From IMG/VR virus record IMGVR_UViG_2565956713_000001: a DNA stretch of 64,000 nucleotides. One strand, given 5' to 3'. Positions 55,942-64,000 of the stretch are shown in pieces. Each line of letters starts with the position of its first letter. The stretch's first letter is position 1. Below the pieces are notes generated by a model. It saw only the letters and a list, made by a program, of their open reading frames with translations, was not told the DNA's origin and did not search any database. Source of the DNA: a virus. Its lineage: Duplodnaviria; Heunggongvirae; Uroviricota; Caudoviricetes. The position numbers and the translations under genes were made by a program.

Positions 55942-58918
55942 TATTTAGCTCCTTTGCCACACCTAATAACAGTTCCAGCAATCCGTCACCATTCATCAGT
56001 GATGCGGCAGCGGCCTCTTTGTCATGATACAACTGAAGAGCCATAGAGAATACTTCCGTTGCTGACGTTTTGGAAATAGTCGGTGATTTCTGCCGAATTT
56101 TCCCGGTGTTACTTACTGAGGCTGGCGGATATACCTTCGCCATATAAATATTACTCAATCGAGATCTGAAGCACCATTCAGGCTTGCCACGCCCACCGAT
56201 ATTGACGAAAGATGGCTTATCCCCTTCAACATTGGCCTTCAGGAATGACCGGGCTTTCTCTAACAAACCAGGGTTACTGTACTCAAGATGATGACCCAGC
56301 TCGTGCCACAGTGCACTTGCATTTTCATCGTTCAAATTGACAGCAACAAAACCATTAAGATTTGCATATGCCCTTCCCTGGTGGTGAACTACCTTTGATA
56401 AGGTCGATATTTTCCCGCCGGTCAGGCGATAAATATCAGCAAGTTCCTTGCGCAGGTCTATCCCACCATTCTGTCCAGCGCGGACTTCTTCCACTTCTTC
56501 TGTGATAAAAGAGTCGGCCCACTCAAGAGCTTTTTCTTCAGATACGGATGAGTTTGCGATCGCACTGTTCATGGCAGATAACACTTTCTCGTGGACCGAA
56601 CCCATACTTTGCTGATTCATTTGCCAGCGTGTCTGCGGGTTATATGAGAATCGCTTAAGTAGTTGGTCAAGCTGCTCAAGTTCTTCTTCACTGACATACT
56701 TTTTAGCCTCACCAATAATGCCAGGGAGAATATTGCCGTTAGGATTAAACGCTCGCGAAAGGAAGAGTTTCAGCGCCCCCATGCCCTCCGATGCTTCAAT
56801 ATCACCAATAACCCAGTTAACAATGGCCGCACTCTTCGGATTAGCATCCGCCAACGCTCTGGCTACGATTTGCAGGGACGATACGACCTCACGCTGCATA
56901 TCAGTCCTGATCTCATCAATAAACTCTGGCGTTATGCCGTGCTCTTTAAGGATATCCCGGCCTTCCGCCGTTACCCCATCGATATCACCGACATATTTAT
57001 TAACACGACTTTGCAATGCCTTAAATGCCTTCAGAATTCCACGGGCATCATCCGCTTTACTAACGGCCTTCCTGAATGCTGGCAAGAAGTCTGAGTTAAC
57101 CTCATTTTGTTGATCGGCCCACTGAATGGAGGCTTCTTTCATCTCGTCCAGAGTCAGATCACCCAACGCGCTATGGTCTGTGAATATGAGCGACAACCTC
57201 TGAACCATTTCTGCCAATGGTGATGCCGAATGCGCCGCGCTAAGGAATGCTTTCACCCTGGTTGGGCGAATGGAAAACCAGTCAATAGCTGGTGGCATAT
57301 CTCCGTTTTTTATCGCCTGCGCTATCTCGTCAAAGCCATCGCGCCCAAGGGAGGATGCGTGATTTAACAAGCCGCGAAGTAACGAATTGCTGATACCGAA
57401 TAATCGGCACCATTTTTTCACGTCGGCAACAGGCATTCGAACAAAATGCGCAAGCACTTGTACAAGCTGTTCATCCTGGGGATCTTTACGGGAAAGCAGC
57501 CTGATCAGATGAATAATGTCTTTGATGCCGGATGCTCGATGTAATAGCAAACTGGTATATGGAGCAACACCGTTGTAACTACCGCCGGAAGCTGACTCGA
57601 AAAGACCGCCGGATATCCCTTGCATACCTTCGTTTTCCAGTTCCTGAGATACCTGGCGAAGGATATCCTGTAACGACACATCGCCGCCGCCAAACATATC
57701 CTCGAGCGCCTGGCCCTGGTGCTGTAACTCATCATTGATACGTTGAGCCATCAATTTAAAGGCGGTGGCCATACGCTTCGCGCTACGGTTATTCGCGACG
57801 ATGAACAACGCGAGAGCTTTCACTTCCGGGGCTGTTTCGCTGAACATATCCCCCTGAGCAATAACATCGGTAATATGTTGGCCTGACTCCTTCGATTGCC
57901 TTACCAGGTCTACCGCATCTTTCAATGCCGCCAGCGCCTTTTTATCGAGGCTATCCGCTGTCTCAATGCCATCAACAATAGTTGTCACAGCCTGCTTGTG
58001 CGCTTCTCCTGATAAAGCCTGCATCTGGACAAAATCATTGGCTGCCGCATTAAGCGCCGTCAGAACATTACGCATATCCGGATCAGGTTCTTCTGCAACC
58101 ATCCTTACCAGGCGCGCATCCTTATATGCCTTGGCAAAGATCGCGTTTTGTATACGGTCTACAAGTTGCCGTGTTGGTCGCCCATCTTCAGTTACAAGGC
58201 CAGCCGCCTGTGTGGCACCAACTTGCGTCATAAATCCGCGAATAAACGCGTCATTACTGCGGCTAAGCAGATCTCCGCTTTCTGACGGGTTAAAAAGCGC
58301 CATCATCGCCGGTGTTATGCTGTCGGCATCAACAAAAGCTTTTTCACTGGCTGCCATTTCCTGAAGATCAGAAATATTTGAGTCCTTGGCAAACTGAACG
58401 CGGTCAACCTTAGTTAACCGGCGGCGCACCAGTACCGGAGCCGTCATTGATTCAACCTTTTCAGGTCGTATGCCGAATTCGGTCGCATGATCAATCAGGT
58501 ACTCACGATACCGATCCGCATTGCCGTCCTGATAGGCTTTGATGATCCCCATGGTCCGTCCATTACCTGACTCAACGGCATTGTCCTCACCAATTATCGG
58601 CGCACCATGGCTGGATAAACCGGAATCAGTAAGCTGAGCTGGCCGCAAATCTTTGGATATCTGGTTAACCTGAAGAAGGCTGGATGCGCGGGTCCGGTCG
58701 CGCGGCTGAAGTTCCTGGGGATAGTCAGGATTAATTTTCCCATCCAGAGTATTGGATACCAAAAGAGCTGAGGCATCGACGATATCAAACGCTGTTTTTA
58801 CCTCGTCTCCCTTCGCTGTCACCACATACGAAACCCGCCCATAATCGGGCAGGTTCTTTAGCAGCTCGATCAGCGTTTCTATGCTGGTGGCCATTACCAC
58901 CTGATCGCTTAAGCTCAT
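55931..58918 (-). CDS. ddrB: DdrB-like head internal protein of the darA operon; contains an HExxH motif
   Basis: 995-aa ORF downstream of ddrA/darA; WHELGHHLE near the C-terminus. Confidence 0.55.
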   Translation of the reverse strand: MSLSDQVVMATSIETLIELLKNLPDYGRVSYVVTAKGDEVKTAFDIVDASALLVSNTLDGKINPDYPQELQPRDRTRASSLLQVNQISKDLRPAQLTDSGLSSHGAPIIGEDNAVESGNGRTMGIIKAYQDGNADRYREYLIDHATEFGIRPEKVESMTAPVLVRRRLTKVDRVQFAKDSNISDLQEMAASEKAFVDADSITPAMMALFNPSESGDLLSRSNDAFIRGFMTQVGATQAAGLVTEDGRPTRQLVDRIQNAIFAKAYKDARLVRMVAEEPDPDMRNVLTALNAAANDFVQMQALSGEAHKQAVTTIVDGIETADSLDKKALAALKDAVDLVRQSKESGQHITDVIAQGDMFSETAPEVKALALFIVANNRSAKRMATAFKLMAQRINDELQHQGQALEDMFGGGDVSLQDILRQVSQELENEGMQGISGGLFESASGGSYNGVAPYTSLLLHRASGIKDIIHLIRLLSRKDPQDEQLVQVLAHFVRMPVADVKKWCRLFGISNSLLRGLLNHASSLGRDGFDEIAQAIKNGDMPPAIDWFSIRPTRVKAFLSAAHSASPLAEMVQRLSLIFTDHSALGDLTLDEMKEASIQWADQQNEVNSDFLPAFRKAVSKADDARGILKAFKALQSRVNKYVGDIDGVTAEGRDILKEHGITPEFIDEIRTDMQREVVSSLQIVARALADANPKSAAIVNWVIGDIEASEGMGALKLFLSRAFNPNGNILPGIIGEAKKYVSEEELEQLDQLLKRFSYNPQTRWQMNQQSMGSVHEKVLSAMNSAIANSSVSEEKALEWADSFITEEVEEVRAGQNGGIDLRKELADIYRLTGGKISTLSKVVHHQGRAYANLNGFVAVNLNDENASALWHELGHHLEYSNPGLLEKARSFLKANVEGDKPSFVNIGGRGKPEWCFRSRLSNIYMAKVYPPASVSNTGKIRQKSPTISKTSATEVFSMALQLYHDKEAAAASLMNGDGLLELLLGVAKELNNAD

Positions 58919-58930
58919 CCCTGTTACGCC

Positions 58931-59296
58931 TTATGCTGCCTCTTTAATGTTGGCGGCTATCCATGCCGCCGTGTGCTGTTTAACCTGGTCCAGGTCGATG
59001 TATGTGCCAACATATTGACTCAAATCCTGCAAGGTACCGATAAATGCATCGGTGCTCTGATCGACGAATTTATCAGCCAGGAAATCAGCAACCAGTTTTG
59101 GCACACCATCATGTACCGAAGGTTGTTTTTCCTCGCCACTACCGCCGCCGGACGCGCCGTACCCCATCTGTTGCATGATCTGGTCAATTTCATCGCTGAT
59201 ATCCAGCAACTCCATGCCACTCGCGGTAGCCGCTTTGGACATCAGAGCATCCAACTTATCGCTGAGATCCATTAACTCAATAGCTGATAGTGTCAT
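58931..59296 (-). CDS. ddrA: DdrA-like protein
   Basis: 121-aa ORF between darA and ddrB, overlapping the darA stop. Confidence 0.5.
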   Translation of the reverse strand: MTLSAIELMDLSDKLDALMSKAATASGMELLDISDEIDQIMQQMGYGASGGGSGEEKQPSVHDGVPKLVADFLADKFVDQSTDAFIGTLQDLSQYVGTYIDLDQVKQHTAAWIAANIKEAA

Positions 59297-61212
59297 GCCG
59301 CTACCCCCGCTTTCTGGATTGCTACCAGCAGATCAGCCAGGTGGCGAGCAGCGCCATTAACCAGCTCTTCGTTTTCCTCAAAACGTCCGGCAGCCTGAAG
59401 GGCTGCAATCGCTTCCCGGACATTGCCCCGGGTGTTACGGATCTCCGCCATGTCAGTGCTTTGCATATCCATCACGTTATTGAGATATTCAATGGCTTTA
59501 TTAGCCTCTGCATCTGCTTCGCTAACCGTTTCATCAGGCTGTGCCGGGGCCGGTTCTGGCTGAGTAATCTCACCGACTTCGGCCTGCAATGCATTGATCA
59601 TGCTCTGCACCATTTTCTCGGTGCCAGCGCCCCCAGGAAACGCAATATTGGGGAAAGTTTTTTGAAACTGAGTTTTCAGCATTACGCGGAACTCGTCTGG
59701 TGAGCTGGTGGCCAGCTCCAGAGCTTTTTGTGCATATTTGCCAAACGGACCATTAGTAAGTGTCTTCGCCAGGAAATCGAAAGAATCCTCGCGAGGCAAT
59801 AACTTCAGGTCGTACTCACTCATTTGCTGATCAGAAAGCGGGGTATCGTAAGTAGCAATGCCGTAGCGTGCATATTCATAATACGGGTCACCTTCATCAG
59901 GGCGCGGCAGAATTGCTTTGTTACCTTCAGGTATTGCGCCAGGGGCCGCCGGACGCATTTGCAGGGCATATCGATATGCACCTACAGAGACTTCTGGTTC
60001 AGGCGAAGAGCTACCGGTATCCTCCGCTGGTTCAGGTTCGACGTTTTCCGGTTTATGTTCTTCTGGTTGGACCAGGTATTCCGATACATTACCCGCTTTA
60101 TAGGCTTTAAACAGCTTGCCGATCGCATCTGCCATGTCCACACCCTGTATGGATTTAGCCTTGATCATGTATACGCTGCCATCCGGATCGGTTAACTGGA
60201 TATACCCTTCGCCGTCCCCAATGAATTGCTTCATTGATGCACCATTACTGAGCGTCGCTTCCCCGTCCATATGCATACGATTTTTGATACTGGCAAGGCG
60301 ATCCGTCAGCGCGCGAGAGTGCCCACCAGTCATCCCCGCAGGGGCAATGGTATCGCGCCCACCAGTGCGATTGAGCCGATCAATCTCCCCCTGCAAACGC
60401 TCATTCTCTTCATAAAGAGAATCCGCTTCCGATGCAACAGCGTTAATTTTCTGCTCCAGATCTGCCTTCTGCCCTTCTACCGCTGCCACCTGATCCGCGA
60501 GGTCGCTCATGGCGTCCTCTTTCTGGTCACTGTCAGCCTGTAGTTGGGTTATTTCATCAACAAGGGCTTTTTTCTTCTTCTGCGCACGCTGGAATTTTGC
60601 CGAGTTTTTCTCTGCAAGGTTGGCAAGTTTCATGGTGACCTGCGCCAGCGTCATATCACGTCCACTCATCGGAGCAACGGTGTGAGTAACGTCTTTTTTA
60701 TTCAGTAAGAACTGGAAAGCAACCAGCGTATCGCTATTGGTGATCCGGTTTTCCGCTGTCGGGCTATGAAACAGAATGCTGATAGTCTGACCATCACTGA
60801 GCGGAATAATGGCTGGCAGGACCGGCAGCCCGTTAACGTTACGTGCCCGGCCAATTTCAGCCCCGCCGATCGCGCGTGCACCGTTCTGGGCCACATCCCC
60901 CGTTTTATCACTCCCCGCAGAGATTCCGGTACCATTCAGCTTCTGGTTCAATGCCCGGACAAATGCCTGCATGGTCCGGTGTAACTGCAAACGAGTAGAA
61001 CTAATCGCCTCCAGTAAATCCGTAGCACACCAGTGGATTGGCGTGTCATAGAAGAACGTAGCCTCGATTTCCTCCAGGGTGTTGGATTCCGTCATCAGAT
61101 AGCGGTCCTCACCGGCCATTAATGCGCGATATTCATCATCAGTCACTGGCGGGGGAAGCACGTCAAGCCCAGGCTTGATCGTCACCCCTTTATTGATATT
61201 GAACTGTTCCAT
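59293..61212 (-). CDS. darA: DarA antirestriction/head internal protein
   Basis: 639-aa ORF matching recalled P1 DarA size; shares KNSAKFQ segment with the upstream Hdf-like gene. Confidence 0.65.
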   Translation of the reverse strand: MEQFNINKGVTIKPGLDVLPPPVTDDEYRALMAGEDRYLMTESNTLEEIEATFFYDTPIHWCATDLLEAISSTRLQLHRTMQAFVRALNQKLNGTGISAGSDKTGDVAQNGARAIGGAEIGRARNVNGLPVLPAIIPLSDGQTISILFHSPTAENRITNSDTLVAFQFLLNKKDVTHTVAPMSGRDMTLAQVTMKLANLAEKNSAKFQRAQKKKKALVDEITQLQADSDQKEDAMSDLADQVAAVEGQKADLEQKINAVASEADSLYEENERLQGEIDRLNRTGGRDTIAPAGMTGGHSRALTDRLASIKNRMHMDGEATLSNGASMKQFIGDGEGYIQLTDPDGSVYMIKAKSIQGVDMADAIGKLFKAYKAGNVSEYLVQPEEHKPENVEPEPAEDTGSSSPEPEVSVGAYRYALQMRPAAPGAIPEGNKAILPRPDEGDPYYEYARYGIATYDTPLSDQQMSEYDLKLLPREDSFDFLAKTLTNGPFGKYAQKALELATSSPDEFRVMLKTQFQKTFPNIAFPGGAGTEKMVQSMINALQAEVGEITQPEPAPAQPDETVSEADAEANKAIEYLNNVMDMQSTDMAEIRNTRGNVREAIAALQAAGRFEENEELVNGAARHLADLLVAIQKAGVAA

Positions 61213-61213
61213 G

Positions 61214-61825
61214 TTAATTTCCTGCTTTCAGTTGCTTAAGACGGCGTTTGAGTTCGCCATTTCGGGCCTTTTCGTTATTGAGTCGGCCTGTCTCCTTATC
61301 CAGCTTCGCCCGCAAATCAGTGATCTGCTGTTGATTGAAAGACACCGAGTTCTGCGCTGATTTATAAGCGGCAACCACCTGAGCATTCCGCTGTTTTGCC
61401 TCTTGCAGGCGCTGAAAGTTGGATTTTACTGCCGGTTTCTTGTCTACCGGATTGGCAACACGTTTCGCTTTGGCGATCAGTGATTTCTGGAATTTTGCGG
61501 AGTTTTTGCGGGCCGCTTGCCCCATGACGGTACCAAGCGTCTTGATATCCGGCGACTGAGCGTTAGGAATAGCTTTTCCATTCAGCCTCACAGACGATAT
61601 ATCGCCAGTATCGTTTACCTGTATGGCAAGAATTTGTCCGTCGTTAAGAACCAGCTTTGCGGTTTTAACTTTAACGCCATCTTTCGTTGTTGCGCGGTTG
61701 CTGGAGTCAACCTCAATTACCGTAACACCGGTTTTATTGATCGCCGCGATAAGGGATTTCAGCCCCTTTTCATTAACCTGGTCAAAATCGACCGTTGCAT
61801 ACTTATTTTTCGTCATCTGACACAT
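61214..61825 (-). CDS. hdf: Hdf (homolog of DarA fragment)
   Basis: 203-aa ORF with ARKNSAKFQKS segment resembling DarA AEKNSAKFQRA; directly upstream of darA. Confidence 0.5.
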   Translation of the reverse strand: MCQMTKNKYATVDFDQVNEKGLKSLIAAINKTGVTVIEVDSSNRATTKDGVKVKTAKLVLNDGQILAIQVNDTGDISSVRLNGKAIPNAQSPDIKTLGTVMGQAARKNSAKFQKSLIAKAKRVANPVDKKPAVKSNFQRLQEAKQRNAQVVAAYKSAQNSVSFNQQQITDLRAKLDKETGRLNNEKARNGELKRRLKQLKAGN

Positions 61826-62246
61826 CCTGTGCGAGATTTATTACGTAACTTCTGCGGATTTGCTGAGTAACAGGGAAAATCCGATACAACGGGTTAATGA
61901 ACGAGTCGCCATGCGTAACCATGACGTTGAAATGCCACAGTCGCTCTCCTTTACCCATATATTCAGTGGGTATGTACAACCATTCACTGTTTTCGCCCTG
62001 TTCAGCCGACGTCAAACAACGTTGTTCGCCTTCAATCACTGTCGTCGGCTTCTGAACATCGCGGATCCAATATCTGACCGTTGCGCCGCGCAAAAACGGG
62101 AATTTAGACCGGTATTTGAACGGCACCCGGATGAAACCCGGTTTAATTTCCACATCACCAAGTTCTAAATGCGTGATGTCCTTGCGTTTTAGCAAATAGC
62201 GATCGGCTAAGGCTAACGCAAGAACGCATACACCCCAGCCAATCAT
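61803..62246 (-). CDS. lydB: LydB-like holin antagonist
   Basis: 147-aa ORF immediately downstream of the holin-like gene, overlapping stop/start. Confidence 0.45.
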   Translation of the reverse strand: MIGWGVCVLALALADRYLLKRKDITHLELGDVEIKPGFIRVPFKYRSKFPFLRGATVRYWIRDVQKPTTVIEGEQRCLTSAEQGENSEWLYIPTEYMGKGERLWHFNVMVTHGDSFINPLYRIFPVTQQIRRSYVINLAQDVSDDEK

Positions 62247-62572
62247 TTCCCGCCTCCCTTTTTCACCAAACTTGTAAGAACATTCAGAATGCTATCGATA
62301 TTCACTCGTTTCATCCCTGAAATCACCTCATGACCGTTATTGCTGGCTATCGTTACCATTAAGTACGTAATTGATAACTCCCAGCCCTCGTGTTGCCCCA
62401 ATAGGTACGCCACCGCGCCAGCTGTCACTGCAACAAAGATCTCCGTAACCAATCCCAACAAATTGCCAGACTGGCGACCGTCTCGGACATCCATCAGGAA
62501 CGTGCCTATCCCACCAATTACTGAAAGCAGGAGCGCAATAGCAACTGGAGCTAATTCCTGTGTGTCAAGCAC
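62243..62572 (-). CDS. lydA: LydA-like holin
   Basis: 109-aa protein with hydrophobic transmembrane segments and charged C-terminus (KKGGGK). Confidence 0.55.
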   Translation of the reverse strand: MLDTQELAPVAIALLLSVIGGIGTFLMDVRDGRQSGNLLGLVTEIFVAVTAGAVAYLLGQHEGWELSITYLMVTIASNNGHEVISGMKRVNIDSILNVLTSLVKKGGGK

Positions 62573-62646
62573 AAGTTCCCTCCTACGTTGTCAGGAGGTA
62601 ATGGTATGCAAAGTAACTTCTCAACCGGTTATGTTGCATAAGAGAC

Positions 62647-62910
62647 TTACCTATTCAACCGACTTTTGGAACCTTCAATAATAAGCCTGCTATTGGCGCT
62701 GAAAATAAGAACCATGCAGCTCTGAAGGCTTTCATTCATATCCTTATATTCCGCGAGATACATGCCAATAAAGCCAGCAAGTACGGCGGAAATACATTCG
62801 TCCAGCAATTTCTTGCATGAAGACTCGTAACGGTTTTCACATAGCCCACTCAAATACGAATACACCCCACCAAGAAGGGATAACATCACGATATGTACAT
62901 AAAATGTCAT
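62647..62910 (-). CDS. Small membrane protein upstream of lydA (holin-like)
   Basis: 87-aa ORF with N-terminal hydrophobic helix. Confidence 0.35.
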   Translation of the reverse strand: MTFYVHIVMLSLLGGVYSYLSGLCENRYESSCKKLLDECISAVLAGFIGMYLAEYKDMNESLQSCMVLIFSANSRLIIEGSKSRLNR

Positions 62911-63037
62911 TTTTTACCTATACAACAGTAAGTTGAACAACATTTGAGAACGGTATGCACTTTGTGATTTCCACACACACTGGTTTTGTTAATTAAAACC
63001 TGTGGCTTGCAATAAATAACGATAGTGGGCAAAAAAT

Positions 63038-63253
63038 ATGCTAATAGGCTATGTACGCATATAGACAAATGAACAAAACACAGCTATGCAGTGAAAAGCA
63101 CTTGAAAGCGCAGGATGTGAGCTAATTTTTGCGAATAAGGCGAGCAGCAAAAAGGCTGGGCACCCTGGGTTAAAAAAGGTTCTGCGTATGCTTTCCAGAG
63201 GTGATACCCTAGTCTCGGACTAGGGACAACATTTCGAGAACAGTTTTCATTAG
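63038..63253 (+). pseudogene. Degenerate 5' fragment of a cin-like serine invertase gene, inverted relative to intact cin
   Basis: Frame translates MLIGYVRI*TNEQNTAMQ*KALESAGCELIF...RGDTLV with in-frame stops, collinear with the intact Cin N-terminus MLIGYVRVSTNDQNTELQRNALECAGCELIF; DNA shares the block GCGCAGGATGTGA. Confidence 0.6.
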
Positions 63254-63345
63254 CGGTCAGCAGGCGCTAGATACATCGAATTGATGTGCCGCGCGATAAA
63301 TGTACCTATTCTATCATGATAAATTACACCGACGCGGCATTAGAA

Positions 63346-63918
63346 TTACAGCTCAGATTGAGTTTGGCGCTTCTCTACAGGATGATAACGATAAATCGTC
63401 GATACACCGATATCGTAAATAATTGCCAACTGTTTCCTGCTGTAGCCATTTTCGATCAACCTCGCTATTTGCTCATGTTGTTCTTTTGTCAACTTCGGGC
63501 GACGTCCGCCAATGCGTCCCTGTTCGCGTGCAGCTGCCAGTCCGGCCAGTGTTCTCTCAACAATTAATTCACGTTCCATTTCTGCTAAAGCACCCATGAC
63601 ATGAAAAAAGAAACGCCCCATGGGTGTTGATGTGTCAATACTGTCTGTCAGACTACGGAAATTAACACCTTTTTCCCGCAACTCCTCTATAAGCGTGATA
63701 AGGTGTTTCATACTTCTGCCCAGTCTGTCCAGCTTCCAGACAACCAGCGTATCTCCTTCTGATAGCGTTCTGAGCAGTTTTTTCAATCCCGGTCTGGCTG
63801 ATTTCGTTCCGCTGATTTTATCTTCAAAAATCAGTTCACATCCTGCGCACTCCAGCGCGTTACGCTGCAATTCTGTATTCTGGTCATTTGTTGATACGCG
63901 GACATAGCCAATAAGCAT
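63346..63918 (-). CDS. cin: Cin serine DNA invertase (Hin/Gin family)
   Basis: N-terminal catalytic-serine segment GYVRVSTNDQN, resolvase core, C-terminal helix-turn-helix; cix-like site just upstream. Confidence 0.85.
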   Translation of the reverse strand: MLIGYVRVSTNDQNTELQRNALECAGCELIFEDKISGTKSARPGLKKLLRTLSEGDTLVVWKLDRLGRSMKHLITLIEELREKGVNFRSLTDSIDTSTPMGRFFFHVMGALAEMERELIVERTLAGLAAAREQGRIGGRRPKLTKEQHEQIARLIENGYSRKQLAIIYDIGVSTIYRYHPVEKRQTQSEL

Positions 63919-63973
63919 GATGGATCCCCTGAATAAAAACCGGGGATGATGCCAGTTAGCCGTAATCTCTGCA

Positions 63974-63999
63974 TTTTCTTAAACGTTGGTTTGGGAGAA
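63974..63999. other. Candidate cix crossover site (26 bp, Hin/Gin-type dyad) upstream of cin
   Basis: TTTTCTTAAACG-TT-GGTTTGGGAGAA; right half matches hixL right half GGTTTTTGATAA at 9/12; position fits the boundary of the invertible C segment. Confidence 0.45.
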
Positions 64000-64000
64000 G

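Overview
This window reads as a segment of a P1-family temperate phage-plasmid (myovirus, plasmid prophage). P1 hallmarks seen directly: Cre recombinase with a canonical 34-bp loxP site, C1 repressor and Coi, about 18 copies of the C1 operator motif ATTGCTCTAATAAATTT, PacA/PacB terminase with the seven-hexamer GATC-rich pac site, Phd-Doc addiction module, HumD behind a LexA box, Ban (DnaB-like helicase), SSB, a fused Dcm/Dam methyltransferase (Dmt), three tRNAs (Asn, Thr, Ile-CAU), the giant DarB methyltransferase-helicase, the DarA operon, a SAR endolysin with Lyd holin genes, and the Cin invertase with a cix-like site at the window edge. Against that backbone, three things stand out. (1) The slot between mat and lxc, which in reference P1 holds the type III res-mod system, instead holds a single AT-rich gene for a CapRel-type fused toxSAS toxin-antitoxin. 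(2) Between pacB and c1 sits an immI-like module: C1 operator, candidate antisense RNA with terminator, then a 73-codon icd-like ORF translationally coupled to a Bro-N/KilAC antirepressor. (3) A family of five related imperfect-hairpin modules with covarying stems is interleaved with the tRNA genes. All calls are from reading the sequence and ORF track; no database search was run, P1 gene names are from memory of the P1 map, and coordinates of short sites are hand-counted.
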